In this document: piece by piece, positions 27,205 to 36,724 of the stretch | How the letters are laid out: each line of letters starts with the position of its first letter | Position numbering within the stretch: the first letter of the stretch is position 1 | DNA from: Candidatus Woesearchaeota archaeon | GTDB taxonomy: Archaea > Nanobdellota > Nanobdellia > Pacearchaeales > GW2011-AR1 | Direction of reading: 5' to 3' | Assembly: GCA_964612685.1 (NCBI GenBank) | Contig: CAZTCF010000001.1 | Coordinates: forward strand, 19,399-83,398 | Length of the DNA stretch: 64,000 nt | Position numbers and translations under genes: made by a program | Notes under the pieces: generated by a model | Database searches by the model: none | Told to the model about the DNA's origin: nothing | The model's input: only the letters and a program-made list of their open reading frames with translations

Positions 27205-27256
27205 TGTATTTTTTATATGTAAGCTAGAGCTTAGTTGTTACTATGCTTTATATTAC

Positions 27257-28726
27257 TTAGTAACTTCTTCCGATATATACTATTTTTGTTGCGGTTTTAC
27301 CGCAGAACAAACATTTTCCTGAAGCCTTTTCATTTTTATTTGCTAGAGTTCCTCTAACATCCCCAGAAAATTCCTTTTCTATTATTTCCGCACATTCTAT
27401 TCCACTTTTGTCAGTTGAACAAAAGTTAATTTTTGCCAGTTTTCCTGAAGAAAGAGCATCTTTTATTTCTTTTTTGGTTGAACAAGGTTGTATTCTATTA
27501 TCCATAAATCTGTCTGCTTTTTCTTTTAACCTTTTATCAAACTCAATTCCTAGAGAGTTTATTTTTTTTAAATCAGTTATTTTTAGTTTTTCCTTCTTTT
27601 TTGTATCTCTTGTAAAAAGAAGAATTTCATTGTTCTTTAATTCTTTTTCACCCAATTCAATTCTAAATGGAACCCCTTTTAATTCCCATATATGGTATTT
27701 TTCTCCAGGACGTTTATATTCTCTTTCGTCTATTTCTGCTTTAATATTTTCTTTTTCAAGTTTTTCTAATATTTCTCTGGATTTTTTAAGTATTTTATCT
27801 TTGTTTTCTAAATTGAATATTGGAACAATAATTACCTGAATTGGAGAAATTGAATAAGGTAGAATCATTCCAGAATCATCTCCATGAGTTGCAATAACCG
27901 AAGCTAGTATTCTCGAAACAGCTGGACCATATGCGGTTGTCCAAAGATATTCTTCTTTTTCTTCTTTATTTTTAAATGTAGCTTCAAACGCTTTTGAGAA
28001 TTTTTGTCCCATTAAATGGGTCGAGGGTTGTTGGATTAATTTTCCATCTGGCATGAAACAGTCTGAACCCACAGTGTATTCTGCTCCTGCAAATTTATCC
28101 CACTCTGGTCTTTTCATGGGTAGGAAAGGAACTCCATAAATTTGGTGCATTACTTTTTCTGTAGTATCTATATCCTCCTGGACTTGTGCTTCTGCTTCTG
28201 CTTTGGTTGAGAAAGCATCATGACATTCAATCCATATAAATTCTCTTCCTCTTATTAATGGACGTGTGGCTTTGGTATCCATTCTAAAGACAGAACCTCT
28301 TTGATATAATTTTAATGGTAAGTCTCTATGGCTTCTTATCCAAAGTTTAAACATAGGGGTGTATAATGTTTCAGATGTTGGTCTTAAAGCTAGTTCTTTG
28401 TTATCTCCAATATCTTTTAGCCAGAAAACTTCCGGGGTGAATCCTTTTACGTGTTCTGATTCCCTCATTAAATTTTCTTTTGGAATTACAGAAGGCATGA
28501 ATGTCGGTCTATGCCCTTTTTTTTGGAGTTCTTTTTCCAAATGTTCAAACATATTTTCGATGGTTAATGCTGCCCAGGGGCGGATAATTGTAAACCCTTT
28601 AACATCCAATCTTAAGTCAACTAATTCTGCTTTCTCTAAAACTTGAGTAAACCATTCTGAAAAGTTTTCTTGCTTTTTTACTGTAATCCCTTCTTGGGAT
28701 TTATCTTGATTTTGTTTTTCTTTCAT
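27257..28726 (-). CDS. proS: prolyl-tRNA synthetase (archaeal/eukaryotic type)
   Basis: Class II motifs (FRMDTKATRPLIRGREFIW, YGVPFLP...), a C-terminal Cys cluster, and the terminal ...IGRSY. Confidence 0.9.
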   Translation of the reverse strand: MKEKQNQDKSQEGITVKKQENFSEWFTQVLEKAELVDLRLDVKGFTIIRPWAALTIENMFEHLEKELQKKGHRPTFMPSVIPKENLMRESEHVKGFTPEVFWLKDIGDNKELALRPTSETLYTPMFKLWIRSHRDLPLKLYQRGSVFRMDTKATRPLIRGREFIWIECHDAFSTKAEAEAQVQEDIDTTEKVMHQIYGVPFLPMKRPEWDKFAGAEYTVGSDCFMPDGKLIQQPSTHLMGQKFSKAFEATFKNKEEKEEYLWTTAYGPAVSRILASVIATHGDDSGMILPYSISPIQVIIVPIFNLENKDKILKKSREILEKLEKENIKAEIDEREYKRPGEKYHIWELKGVPFRIELGEKELKNNEILLFTRDTKKKEKLKITDLKKINSLGIEFDKRLKEKADRFMDNRIQPCSTKKEIKDALSSGKLAKINFCSTDKSGIECAEIIEKEFSGDVRGTLANKNEKASGKCLFCGKTATKIVYIGRSY

Positions 28727-28774
28727 TATTAAATAAAATAAGAAGTGTATTTAAAATTATTCAATTACCCTCCA

Positions 28775-28807
28775 AAACCTTTTAATATCAAAGTATAAAA
28801 AGGTTTT
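28775..28807. promoter_or_regulatory. 10-bp perfect inverted repeat in the proS / tRNA-Arg divergent intergenic region
   Basis: AAAACCTTTT (28775-28784) and AAAAGGTTTT (28798-28807) are separated by 13 nt. Confidence 0.25.
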
Positions 28808-28830
28808 CAGGTTTTATTTATTGTTAATTT

Positions 28831-28902
28831 GGGCCCATAGTTCAACGGATAGAATTTCGGGTTTCGGCCCCGGTGATGGAGGTTCGATTCCTCCTGGGCT
28901 CA
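28831..28902 (+). tRNA. tRNA-Arg(TCG)
   Basis: GGGCCCA TA GTTC AACGGATA GAAT T TCGGG TTTCGGC CCCGG TGAT GGAGG TTCGATT CCTCC TGGGCTC A. Confidence 0.85.
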
Positions 28903-28955
28903 TGTCTCATTTTAATGAACATTAAGTTTTTAATTGAACATTCTTTAATTTAATC

Positions 28956-30290
28956 ATGGTTAAAAGTTTAAAGGAAAGAGCAAAACAGAGAGTAAAGCAT
29001 TTGGATGTTTTATCTAAAAAAGAACAGGCAAAACCTGGAGATTTAGTTGAGGTTCATTTAGGAAAGATAATTTATGAAGGGGTTCTTCTTGAGAGCCCTG
29101 AATCTGAAAAGGGTTTAGTTTTATTGAAATTAACAAATGGATATAATATTGGTTTGAGCAAGAAAGAGATATTTAAAATGGAGGTTTTAAAGAAATTTAA
29201 TTCTTCAAAAGAGGAATTAATTATCAAGAAGGATTCTTCTAAATTGAATATTGCTTTGGTAATTACGGGAGGTACAATTTCTTCTAGGTATGATTCTAAA
29301 ACAGGAGGGGTTCATCCTTTGGATAGTCCAGAAAGTTTATTTAAATTTTATCCAGGGTTGTTTGAAAAAGTAAATGTTTTGAAAGTTGAAGTTCCCTTTA
29401 TGAAATTTTCTGAAGAAATGAATTTTAAAGATTGGCAAAAGATTGCAAAAACATGTGAAGATTTGCTTAATGATCCAAACATTCAAGGAGTGATTGTTAC
29501 TCATGGTACAGATTTTTTACATTACACTTCTGCTGCATTGAGTTTTATGCTTGGAAAATTGAATAAACCGGTTGTTTTAACTTACTCTCAAAGGAGTATT
29601 GATCGGGCTAGCTCTGATGCTAACTTAAATTTAATTTGTTCTGCATTTGTGGCTGGGATGAGCGACATTGCAGAGGTAGTTTTGGTGGGCCATGCAGATT
29701 CAGAAGATAATTTTTGTTATGCTCTTCCTGGAACAAAAGTTAGAAAGATGCACACTTCTAGAAGAGATGCATTCAAGGCAATAAATGGAAAACCTCTTGC
29801 AAAGATTTTCCCAGATGGTAAATTAGAAGTACTTGAGAAATATAATAAAAGAAATAATGGTAAAAAAGTTAAGGTTGATAAAAATATTGAGGAGAATATA
29901 GCTCTTGTTAAATTTTATCCAGGACAGTCTCCAGGTATTTTAGATTATTATCACAAGAAGAACTACAAGGGAGTTGTTTTGGAGTTAAGTGGAATAGGAA
30001 ATGCTTCCCCAGAGTTTATAACTAAGATAAAAGAACTTTCTTCTAAGGGGATGATCTTTTGTGGAACTTCTCAGTGTATTAATGGGAGGGTAGATGGACT
30101 TGTTTATTCTAGTGGAAGAAAATTGATTGAAGCAGGGGTTATTTATCTTGGAGATATGTTGTCTGAAACTGCTTTGGTTAAATTGGGGTGGGTTTTAGGA
30201 CATCTTGATTGGTTGAAATCAAAAGAAAAAATAAAAGAAAAGATGCTTGAAAATATTGCAGGAGAATTAAGCAATAGATTAGAGGATTAA
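28956..30290 (+). CDS. gatD: Glu-tRNA(Gln) amidotransferase subunit D
   Basis: Asparaginase-like core IALVITGGTISSRYDSKTGGV...VTHGTDFLHYTSAAL preceded by an N-terminal extra domain, as in GatD. Confidence 0.88.
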   Translation: MVKSLKERAKQRVKHLDVLSKKEQAKPGDLVEVHLGKIIYEGVLLESPESEKGLVLLKLTNGYNIGLSKKEIFKMEVLKKFNSSKEELIIKKDSSKLNIALVITGGTISSRYDSKTGGVHPLDSPESLFKFYPGLFEKVNVLKVEVPFMKFSEEMNFKDWQKIAKTCEDLLNDPNIQGVIVTHGTDFLHYTSAALSFMLGKLNKPVVLTYSQRSIDRASSDANLNLICSAFVAGMSDIAEVVLVGHADSEDNFCYALPGTKVRKMHTSRRDAFKAINGKPLAKIFPDGKLEVLEKYNKRNNGKKVKVDKNIEENIALVKFYPGQSPGILDYYHKKNYKGVVLELSGIGNASPEFITKIKELSSKGMIFCGTSQCINGRVDGLVYSSGRKLIEAGVIYLGDMLSETALVKLGWVLGHLDWLKSKEKIKEKMLENIAGELSNRLED

Positions 30291-30694
30291 TACTCTTTTT
30301 TATTTAATGAACTTTCAATTCTATCTAGTTGTATTTTTATTTGTTTAATTTCCTTCTCTGTTCTTTTGTCAACCTGGTAGTCATATTCCATTCTTTGCCT
30401 ATCTTTTTGGTTTGCTCTGTTCTGGGACATAAGGATTATTGGAGCTTGGATTGCTGCAATGCATGAGAGTGTTAAATTTAGTAGAATATAAGGGTAGACA
30501 TCCCACGAATTCACAAAGGCATAAGCATTTAAGAAAATCCAAATAAGGATAAACATTACAAAAGCAATTATAAACGTCCAACTTCCAATTAATTTAGTTA
30601 ATTTATCTGAAGCCTTTTGTGCAAATGTTGGGGAGATCCTAATCGGATGTACTGGTTTATTTGACTTTATAGGTATTATTCCTTCATTGTCCAT
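30287..30694 (-). CDS. DUF1003 family membrane protein
   Basis: SWTFIIAFVMFILIWIFLN...YPYILLNLTLSCIAAIQAPIILMSQNR...D. Confidence 0.7.
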   Translation of the reverse strand: MDNEGIIPIKSNKPVHPIRISPTFAQKASDKLTKLIGSWTFIIAFVMFILIWIFLNAYAFVNSWDVYPYILLNLTLSCIAAIQAPIILMSQNRANQKDRQRMEYDYQVDKRTEKEIKQIKIQLDRIESSLNKKEY

Positions 30695-30800
30695 ATTTTA
30701 TTTAAGAAAGGTTAAGTTATAAGTTTAATTATTAATTAGTTGTAACTAATGAAAGGTAACAAATAGAAAGGTTTAAATAAACTTTTAGGTAAATTATAAT

Positions 30801-31082
30801 ATGGAAAAAGGACATAAACCCCACATGTTGGAATATTTTCCTTATTATTCATTTAGCAAGGGCTCTTTTATTCATTATACATGTAATTCCCCTTCAATCG
30901 AAGTTTTAAAGAAAAATAAAATAACCTCTTTGGGTAATTTTTTTGGATGTGTTAACGAGACAGAGGTATTAGAGATTCCTTTAGAGACTTATAAAAAAGC
31001 AGGATTTAGCGGTAATCTGGGAAGAATTGATAAGAATACCTTAACTTTAAACTTGGAAAGGCTAATGAGGGATTTAAAATGA
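30801..31082 (+). CDS. hypothetical protein (first of an overlapping small gene pair)
   Basis: 93-aa ORF. Its stop overlaps the next start (ATGA at 31079-31082). Confidence 0.45.
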   Translation: MEKGHKPHMLEYFPYYSFSKGSFIHYTCNSPSIEVLKKNKITSLGNFFGCVNETEVLEIPLETYKKAGFSGNLGRIDKNTLTLNLERLMRDLK

Positions 31083-31345
31083 AAAGATATTTTTTGTCTT
31101 ATAATGGTTTGACTAAAGAATACTATCTGGATTATGGGTGTTTTGATAGACAAAGGCAATTTCTTGGTAAAGCTGATAAAGAGAAGTTAGTAAAAAAATT
31201 AGTTGAAATACTACCCATGCAAAGATCAATAACAATTTATGCTCAAAAGGATCTTGACGATTCTTTGAAGTCCTTTTTGTTAAATAATTTTAAGAATACC
31301 CGTGTTAATGTACAATTTGAGAAGAATTTAGAGAGTTTATGCTAA
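31079..31345 (+). CDS. hypothetical protein (second of an overlapping small gene pair)
   Basis: 88-aa ORF with a 4-nt overlap with the upstream ORF. Confidence 0.45.
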   Translation: MKRYFLSYNGLTKEYYLDYGCFDRQRQFLGKADKEKLVKKLVEILPMQRSITIYAQKDLDDSLKSFLLNNFKNTRVNVQFEKNLESLC

Positions 31346-31376
31346 AATTTAATAATGCATTTTTCTTGGTGTTTTT

Positions 31377-32822
31377 ATGTCAAATATTGATTATGATAAA
31401 TTAAAATTTAAATCAGGTTTAGAAATTCATCAGCAGTTGGATACTTGTAAGCTTTTTTGTAACTGTCCATCTATATTAAGAAGTGATAAACCCGATTTTT
31501 ATGTTGAAAGAAAACTTCATGCTGTTGCAGGCGAATCGGGGGAGGTCGATAGGGCAGCAGAATATCAGGCTTCTTTAAAGAAAACTTTTGTTTATCAGGT
31601 TTATAAAGATAATAATTGTTTAGTTGAACTTGATGAGGAACCCCCCTATGAGATAAATCAAGAAGCATTAAAGATAGCTTTACAGATTTCTTTGCTTTTA
31701 AATTGTAAGATTATAAACAATACCCAAATTATGAGAAAAACAGTTATTGATGGAAGTAATACTTCTGGATTTCAAAGAACCGTTTTAATTGCTAGGGGAG
31801 GGCATGTTGAAACTAAACAAGGAAGGGTAGGAATAGATACTATTTGTTTAGAGGAAGATTCTGCTAGAAAAGTTAAGACTGAAGGAGATAAAATTTATTG
31901 GAATTTGGACAGATTAGGAATACCCCTAATCGAGATAGCGACTTCTCCAGATATAAAATCTGCAGAGCAGGCTAAAGAAGTCGCGTTACATATAGGAGAT
32001 GTATTGAGAAGCTGTAAAGTTAAGAGGGGGATAGGAACGATAAGACAGGATGTTAATATTTCTATCTTAAGTGGGAATAGAATTGAAATGAAAGGAGTAC
32101 AGGATATGAAGATGTTTGTTAAAACTATTGAAAATGAGGTTACAAGACAAAAATATCTTTATGATAATGGTAATCCTACTAATGCCGAAGTTAGAAATGC
32201 ACTTCCTGATGGGAGTTCTGAATTCTTAAGGCCCATGCCAGGAGCAGATAGAATGTATCCCGAAACTGATTTACCTTTGCTTAAAATTTCAAGGGATTTT
32301 ATTAATGAGATTAAAAAAGATTTGCCTAAGTTGAGAAGCTCTATTGCTGGGGAATTAAAAGAAAAGGGATTAAACGAAGAGATGGTAAAGTTGATATTAA
32401 GTGAAGATAAAATTGAAGAACTTAAAGTACTGTCAGGAATATATGATAATATCAACTTTATTGCAAAGATGATTGTTCTTTTTCCAAAAGAGATAGCAAC
32501 CAAGGAAAATAAAACATTTGAAGAGATTGAGGGAGTTGTTGTAAATTATTATGAAGATATTTTAAGAGCAATAACTAAAAAGAAAATATCAGAAGGAGAT
32601 GTAAAGGATATTTTTGTGAAACTTGTTAGAGGAGAAAGTTTTGAGAAGGCAATAAAATCTGAGAAAGCTGATAATTCTGAAATGGAAGAAGAGATACTTA
32701 AATTGATTAAGGATAAACCAGGATTAAATGCAAATGCCTATATGGGATTAGTTATGGGCAAGTTTAAAGGAAAGATTAATGGTAAAGAAGCAATGGATAT
32801 AATAAATAAAATTTTGAAATAA
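31377..32822 (+). CDS. gatE: Glu-tRNA(Gln) amidotransferase subunit E, short form (481 aa)
   Basis: GLEIHQQLDTCKLFCNCPS..., DGSNTSGFQRT, RPMPGADRMYPETDLP. Confidence 0.85.
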   Translation: MSNIDYDKLKFKSGLEIHQQLDTCKLFCNCPSILRSDKPDFYVERKLHAVAGESGEVDRAAEYQASLKKTFVYQVYKDNNCLVELDEEPPYEINQEALKIALQISLLLNCKIINNTQIMRKTVIDGSNTSGFQRTVLIARGGHVETKQGRVGIDTICLEEDSARKVKTEGDKIYWNLDRLGIPLIEIATSPDIKSAEQAKEVALHIGDVLRSCKVKRGIGTIRQDVNISILSGNRIEMKGVQDMKMFVKTIENEVTRQKYLYDNGNPTNAEVRNALPDGSSEFLRPMPGADRMYPETDLPLLKISRDFINEIKKDLPKLRSSIAGELKEKGLNEEMVKLILSEDKIEELKVLSGIYDNINFIAKMIVLFPKEIATKENKTFEEIEGVVVNYYEDILRAITKKKISEGDVKDIFVKLVRGESFEKAIKSEKADNSEMEEEILKLIKDKPGLNANAYMGLVMGKFKGKINGKEAMDIINKILK

Positions 32823-32856
32823 CAATATTAAAAAACCCTATTTTTCTTTAATCTTC

Positions 32857-34128
32857 ATGGAAAGGACTTTAGTTAAAGACATTAAAGCAGGAAAGGAAGT
32901 TTTGTTGAAAGGTTGGGTTTATGAGATTAGATTATTAGCTAAATTAGGTTTTGTTCTTTTGAGAGATAAAACCGGTATTGTTCAGTGTGTTGTTCAAGGA
33001 AAAGAATTGGAAAAATTGTCTGATTTGAGTCTTGAAAGTGCAGTTGAAATAAAAGGAAAAACAAAATCTGCAAAAGTTAAAGCGGAATTTGCTAGAAGTG
33101 ATGTTGAGGTTGATGTTGAAAGTTTAGAAGTTATAAGTAAGGCTGAGAAATTGCCTATTCATGTTAATGAGAAAACAACTACAACTGAATTTCAAAATAG
33201 ATTGGATAATAGATTTTTAGATATAAGAAAACCAAAAATTCAAGCAATATTCGAGATTCAAACAGTTATTGCAAATGCATTCAGAGAACATTTTTACAAT
33301 AAAGGGTTTATTGAAATACAACCTCCTTGTATAATTAGTGCATCTTCAGAAGGGGGAACAGAATTGTTTTCTGTTCAGTATTTTGAACAGAAGGCATATT
33401 TGGCACAATCTCCTCAATTGTATAAACAAATGCTTGCATGTTCGCTTGGAGACACGTTTACTATAACTCCTGTATGGAGAGCAGAGAAACATAACACTAC
33501 AAGGCATATAAATGAAATAAGACAGATGGATATTGAATGTGCTTTTACAAATCAAATGAGTATTATGAAAGAACTTGAAGAAGTTGTTAAGTTTATTGTT
33601 AAACAGGTTTTAGAAAAATGCAAGAAAGAACTTGAAATTTTGGGAGTTAAAAATTTAAAGATTCCTAAAGGAATTTATTTGAGTTATGAGGAAGCACTTA
33701 AAAAAGTTGGAGGTAAAATAGGAGAGGATTTTACACCAGAAGAAGAAAGGAAGCTTTGTGAAATGTATCCTGGAGATTTAGTTTTTACACATTCATGGCC
33801 AACTTCAATTAAACCCTTTTATATTATGACCAAAGATGAAAAGAAAGATGCTAAATTAAGTGAAGGATTTGATGCTCTTTATGGTGGAATTGAAATTTCT
33901 TCTGGGGGTCAAAGAATTCATATCCCTGATTTATTGATTGCAAGACTTAAAGCTAAAGGACTTAACCCGGATAATTTCAAATCCTATGTTGATAGCTTTA
34001 GATTTGGAGCCCCTCCTCATTCAGGATGGTCAATTGGTTTGGAAAGAATAACCCAGATTATATGTGGATTAGATAATGTTAAGGAAGCAACAATGTTTCC
34101 AAGAGATAGAACAAGATTGACACCTTGA
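32857..34128 (+). CDS. aspS: aspartyl-tRNA synthetase (archaeal type)
   Basis: N-terminal OB, WRAEKHNTTRHINEIRQMDIECAF, GAPPHSGWSIGLERI, and the C-terminal FPRDRTRLTP. Confidence 0.88.
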   Translation: MERTLVKDIKAGKEVLLKGWVYEIRLLAKLGFVLLRDKTGIVQCVVQGKELEKLSDLSLESAVEIKGKTKSAKVKAEFARSDVEVDVESLEVISKAEKLPIHVNEKTTTTEFQNRLDNRFLDIRKPKIQAIFEIQTVIANAFREHFYNKGFIEIQPPCIISASSEGGTELFSVQYFEQKAYLAQSPQLYKQMLACSLGDTFTITPVWRAEKHNTTRHINEIRQMDIECAFTNQMSIMKELEEVVKFIVKQVLEKCKKELEILGVKNLKIPKGIYLSYEEALKKVGGKIGEDFTPEEERKLCEMYPGDLVFTHSWPTSIKPFYIMTKDEKKDAKLSEGFDALYGGIEISSGGQRIHIPDLLIARLKAKGLNPDNFKSYVDSFRFGAPPHSGWSIGLERITQIICGLDNVKEATMFPRDRTRLTP

Positions 34129-34143
34129 TTAGGATTTAATTTA

Positions 34144-35283
34144 TTATTCTTTATACTTCTTTTCAACTTCTTTTTGAAAATCTTTGAATTTACCTTGCTT
34201 TATTTTTTGTTTTGCAGTTTCTATTAATTTTGTTAAGAAGTATATGTTGTGGTAAGTTGTAAGTTTTTTCCCTGTTAATTCATCGTTAATGATAAGATAC
34301 CTTATGAATGCTCTACTATAATTTTTACAAACAAAACAATTGCAATTTTTGTCAATGGGAGAAGTATCGAATTTGCAATCTTCTTTTAAAATTCTTAATT
34401 TTCCTTCCGAGGTAAATAAAGAGCCCCTTCTTGCATTTTGAGTTGGCATTCTGGAATCAAAAATATCAACACCTAATTCTATTCCTTTTAATATTTCAAT
34501 TGGATTTCCAATTCCCATTAGATAAACTGGTTTGTTCTCTGGGAGAAGTTGTTTTAATTGCTTTACAATATTGAATTCTTCTTGAATTGTTTCTCCTAAA
34601 CCAAATCCTCCAATTGAATATCCATCAAAATCTATCTCTAGTAATGACTTTGTTGAGGTTTCTCTTAAGTCTTCGTATTTTCCTCCCTGGATTATACCAA
34701 ACAAAAGTTGACGTTTGGATTTTGGAATATTTTTTTGTAAGGTTTCGTGATGAAGTTTACATCTTTTTGCCCATGCAGTTGTTTTTTTAACTGAGTCTTC
34801 TATTTGTAATTTAGAATGAGTATACATAGGCATAGAATCCAAACACATTGCAACCTCGCTTCCTATATCTAATTGTACTTTCATATTTTTTTCAGGAGTC
34901 ATGAATATTTTTTCTCCATTTAAAGGATTTTTGAATTGCACCCCTTCTTCATTTGATTTTATGTAAATTGTTGGAGTGTACATCTGAAAACCTCCAGAAT
35001 CTGTGAAATTAATTCCATTGTAATTCATGAATTTACCAATTCCACCTAACTTGTTTGTGATTACTGAACCTTCTCTTAGATAGAGTATCAAAGCATTGGA
35101 GATAACTGCTGGAACTTTCATTTGTTTAAGTTCTTCTGAAGTTAAAGTTTTAACACTTCCACGTGTTGCAACTGGCATAAAAAATGGAGTTTCTACCTTT
35201 CCTTTCTTTGTTTGAAGTAAGCCAATTCTTGCATTTGTTGATTTGTCTTTGTGAGTTATTGTGAAAGTTTCCTTAATTGCCAT
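34144..35283 (-). CDS. tgt: tRNA-guanine transglycosylase, single catalytic domain (bacterial/eukaryal-like motif pattern)
   Basis: VETPFFMPVATRGSVK, TDSGGFQ and the zinc site CNCFVCKNYSRAFIRYL. The internal ATG at 35283 is chosen because the 14-aa hydrophobic extension looks spurious. Confidence 0.85.
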   Translation of the reverse strand: MAIKETFTITHKDKSTNARIGLLQTKKGKVETPFFMPVATRGSVKTLTSEELKQMKVPAVISNALILYLREGSVITNKLGGIGKFMNYNGINFTDSGGFQMYTPTIYIKSNEEGVQFKNPLNGEKIFMTPEKNMKVQLDIGSEVAMCLDSMPMYTHSKLQIEDSVKKTTAWAKRCKLHHETLQKNIPKSKRQLLFGIIQGGKYEDLRETSTKSLLEIDFDGYSIGGFGLGETIQEEFNIVKQLKQLLPENKPVYLMGIGNPIEILKGIELGVDIFDSRMPTQNARRGSLFTSEGKLRILKEDCKFDTSPIDKNCNCFVCKNYSRAFIRYLIINDELTGKKLTTYHNIYFLTKLIETAKQKIKQGKFKDFQKEVEKKYKE

Positions 35284-35363
35284 TAAAATGAGTAAAATGA
35301 GGGATATATAAAGATTAGCAAGCATAGATAAAATTTATTAAACCTCTTTTTCTATAAAACACC

Positions 35364-36677
35364 ATGACAGGACATACAACCCATAAGTTTATATCAATTC
35401 AAGAAGCTATTGAGAAGAAAAAAGGGGAAGTAGCAGTGCGAGGATGGGTGTATAGGGAAAGAGGAAGTAATGCTATGAAGTTTATTGTATTAAGAGATAG
35501 TTCAAATATAATTCAATGTGTTCTTGAAAGTAAAAATTTTGAAAAACAATGGAAAGATATTGATAAAATTAAGATTGAAAGTTCTTTGGAGATCATGGGG
35601 GAGATAAAAGAAGATAAAAGGGCTCCAACTGGTTTCGAGATTCAAGTTAAGAAAATAAATATAATCCAGATTGCAGAAGATTTTCCAATAAACAAAGATT
35701 TGAATGAAGAATTATTAGGAGATAGAAGACATTTGTGGTTGAGGAGCAGAAAAATGACTGCAATAATGAAGATTAGAAGCACCGTATTTAATGCAATACA
35801 TGAATATTTCAGAAAAAATAAATTTTATGAATACCAGAGTCCAATTTTCCAATCAGTTCAGTGTGAGGGAGGTTCAAGTTTGTTTAAGGTTGATTACTTT
35901 GGAAGAAAAGGAGTTTTTTTAGCTCAGACTTGGCAGTTATACGCTGAACCTGCAATTTTTGCATTAGAGAAAATTTATACTCTTGCTCCTTCATTTAGAG
36001 CAGAGGAAAGCAAGACTTCAAGACATTTAACAGAATATTGGCATGCTGAAATGGAAGTTGCTTGGGCTGCATTCAAAGATATTCAAGATTATGGTGAAGG
36101 TTTAATTAAAAATATTGTTAAAAGAGTTTTGGAAGAAAATAAATTTGAACTTGAAATTTTAGAAAGAGATGTTAAAAAATTAGAACCAACTGTTAAAAAA
36201 CCATTTCCAAGAATGACTTATGATGAAGCTTTGAAAGTTTTAAAAGAAAAATGTAAAATTAAAATTCCTTGGGGAAAAGATCTTAGGACAATTGAAGAAG
36301 ACGAATTAAGTAAATTGTATGATACTCCAATAATCGTTACAAATTATCCTAAGGAGGTTAAAGCATTTTATATGAAAGAAACAGATGGAAATACTAAAGT
36401 TGTAAATGGATGTGATTTTATTGGTCCCGAATGTTATGGCGAATTAATTGGAGGAAGTGAAAGAGAAGCTGACCCTGAAAAAATTAAAAAAAGATTAATT
36501 GAGATGGGAGAGAAGTTAGATCAATATTCTTTTTATTTAGATACAAGAAAATATGGTAGTGTTCCTCACGGAGGATTTGGTATGGGTGTTGAAAGAATTG
36601 TTTCATGGATATGCGGGTTAGATACAATAAAAGATGCCATTCCTTTTCCAAGAACAATGACAAGAGTTACTCCTTAA
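35364..36677 (+). CDS. asnS: asparaginyl-tRNA synthetase
   Basis: FRAEESKTSRHLTEYWHAEMEVAW, GGFGMGVERIVSWICG, and the C-terminal PFPRTMTRVTP. Confidence 0.85.
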   Translation: MTGHTTHKFISIQEAIEKKKGEVAVRGWVYRERGSNAMKFIVLRDSSNIIQCVLESKNFEKQWKDIDKIKIESSLEIMGEIKEDKRAPTGFEIQVKKINIIQIAEDFPINKDLNEELLGDRRHLWLRSRKMTAIMKIRSTVFNAIHEYFRKNKFYEYQSPIFQSVQCEGGSSLFKVDYFGRKGVFLAQTWQLYAEPAIFALEKIYTLAPSFRAEESKTSRHLTEYWHAEMEVAWAAFKDIQDYGEGLIKNIVKRVLEENKFELEILERDVKKLEPTVKKPFPRMTYDEALKVLKEKCKIKIPWGKDLRTIEEDELSKLYDTPIIVTNYPKEVKAFYMKETDGNTKVVNGCDFIGPECYGELIGGSEREADPEKIKKRLIEMGEKLDQYSFYLDTRKYGSVPHGGFGMGVERIVSWICGLDTIKDAIPFPRTMTRVTP

Positions 36678-36724
36678 ATTTTTGTTTAATTTTGTAATAT
36701 TTTTTTATTTAAAATAATTATTAT

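Noticed and set aside
35284-35325. A hydrophobic 14-aa N-terminal extension of the tgt ORF, suggesting a membrane anchor.
   Set aside because: TGT enzymes are soluble. The conserved N-terminal beta-strand region begins right after the internal Met, so the upstream start is probably spurious.
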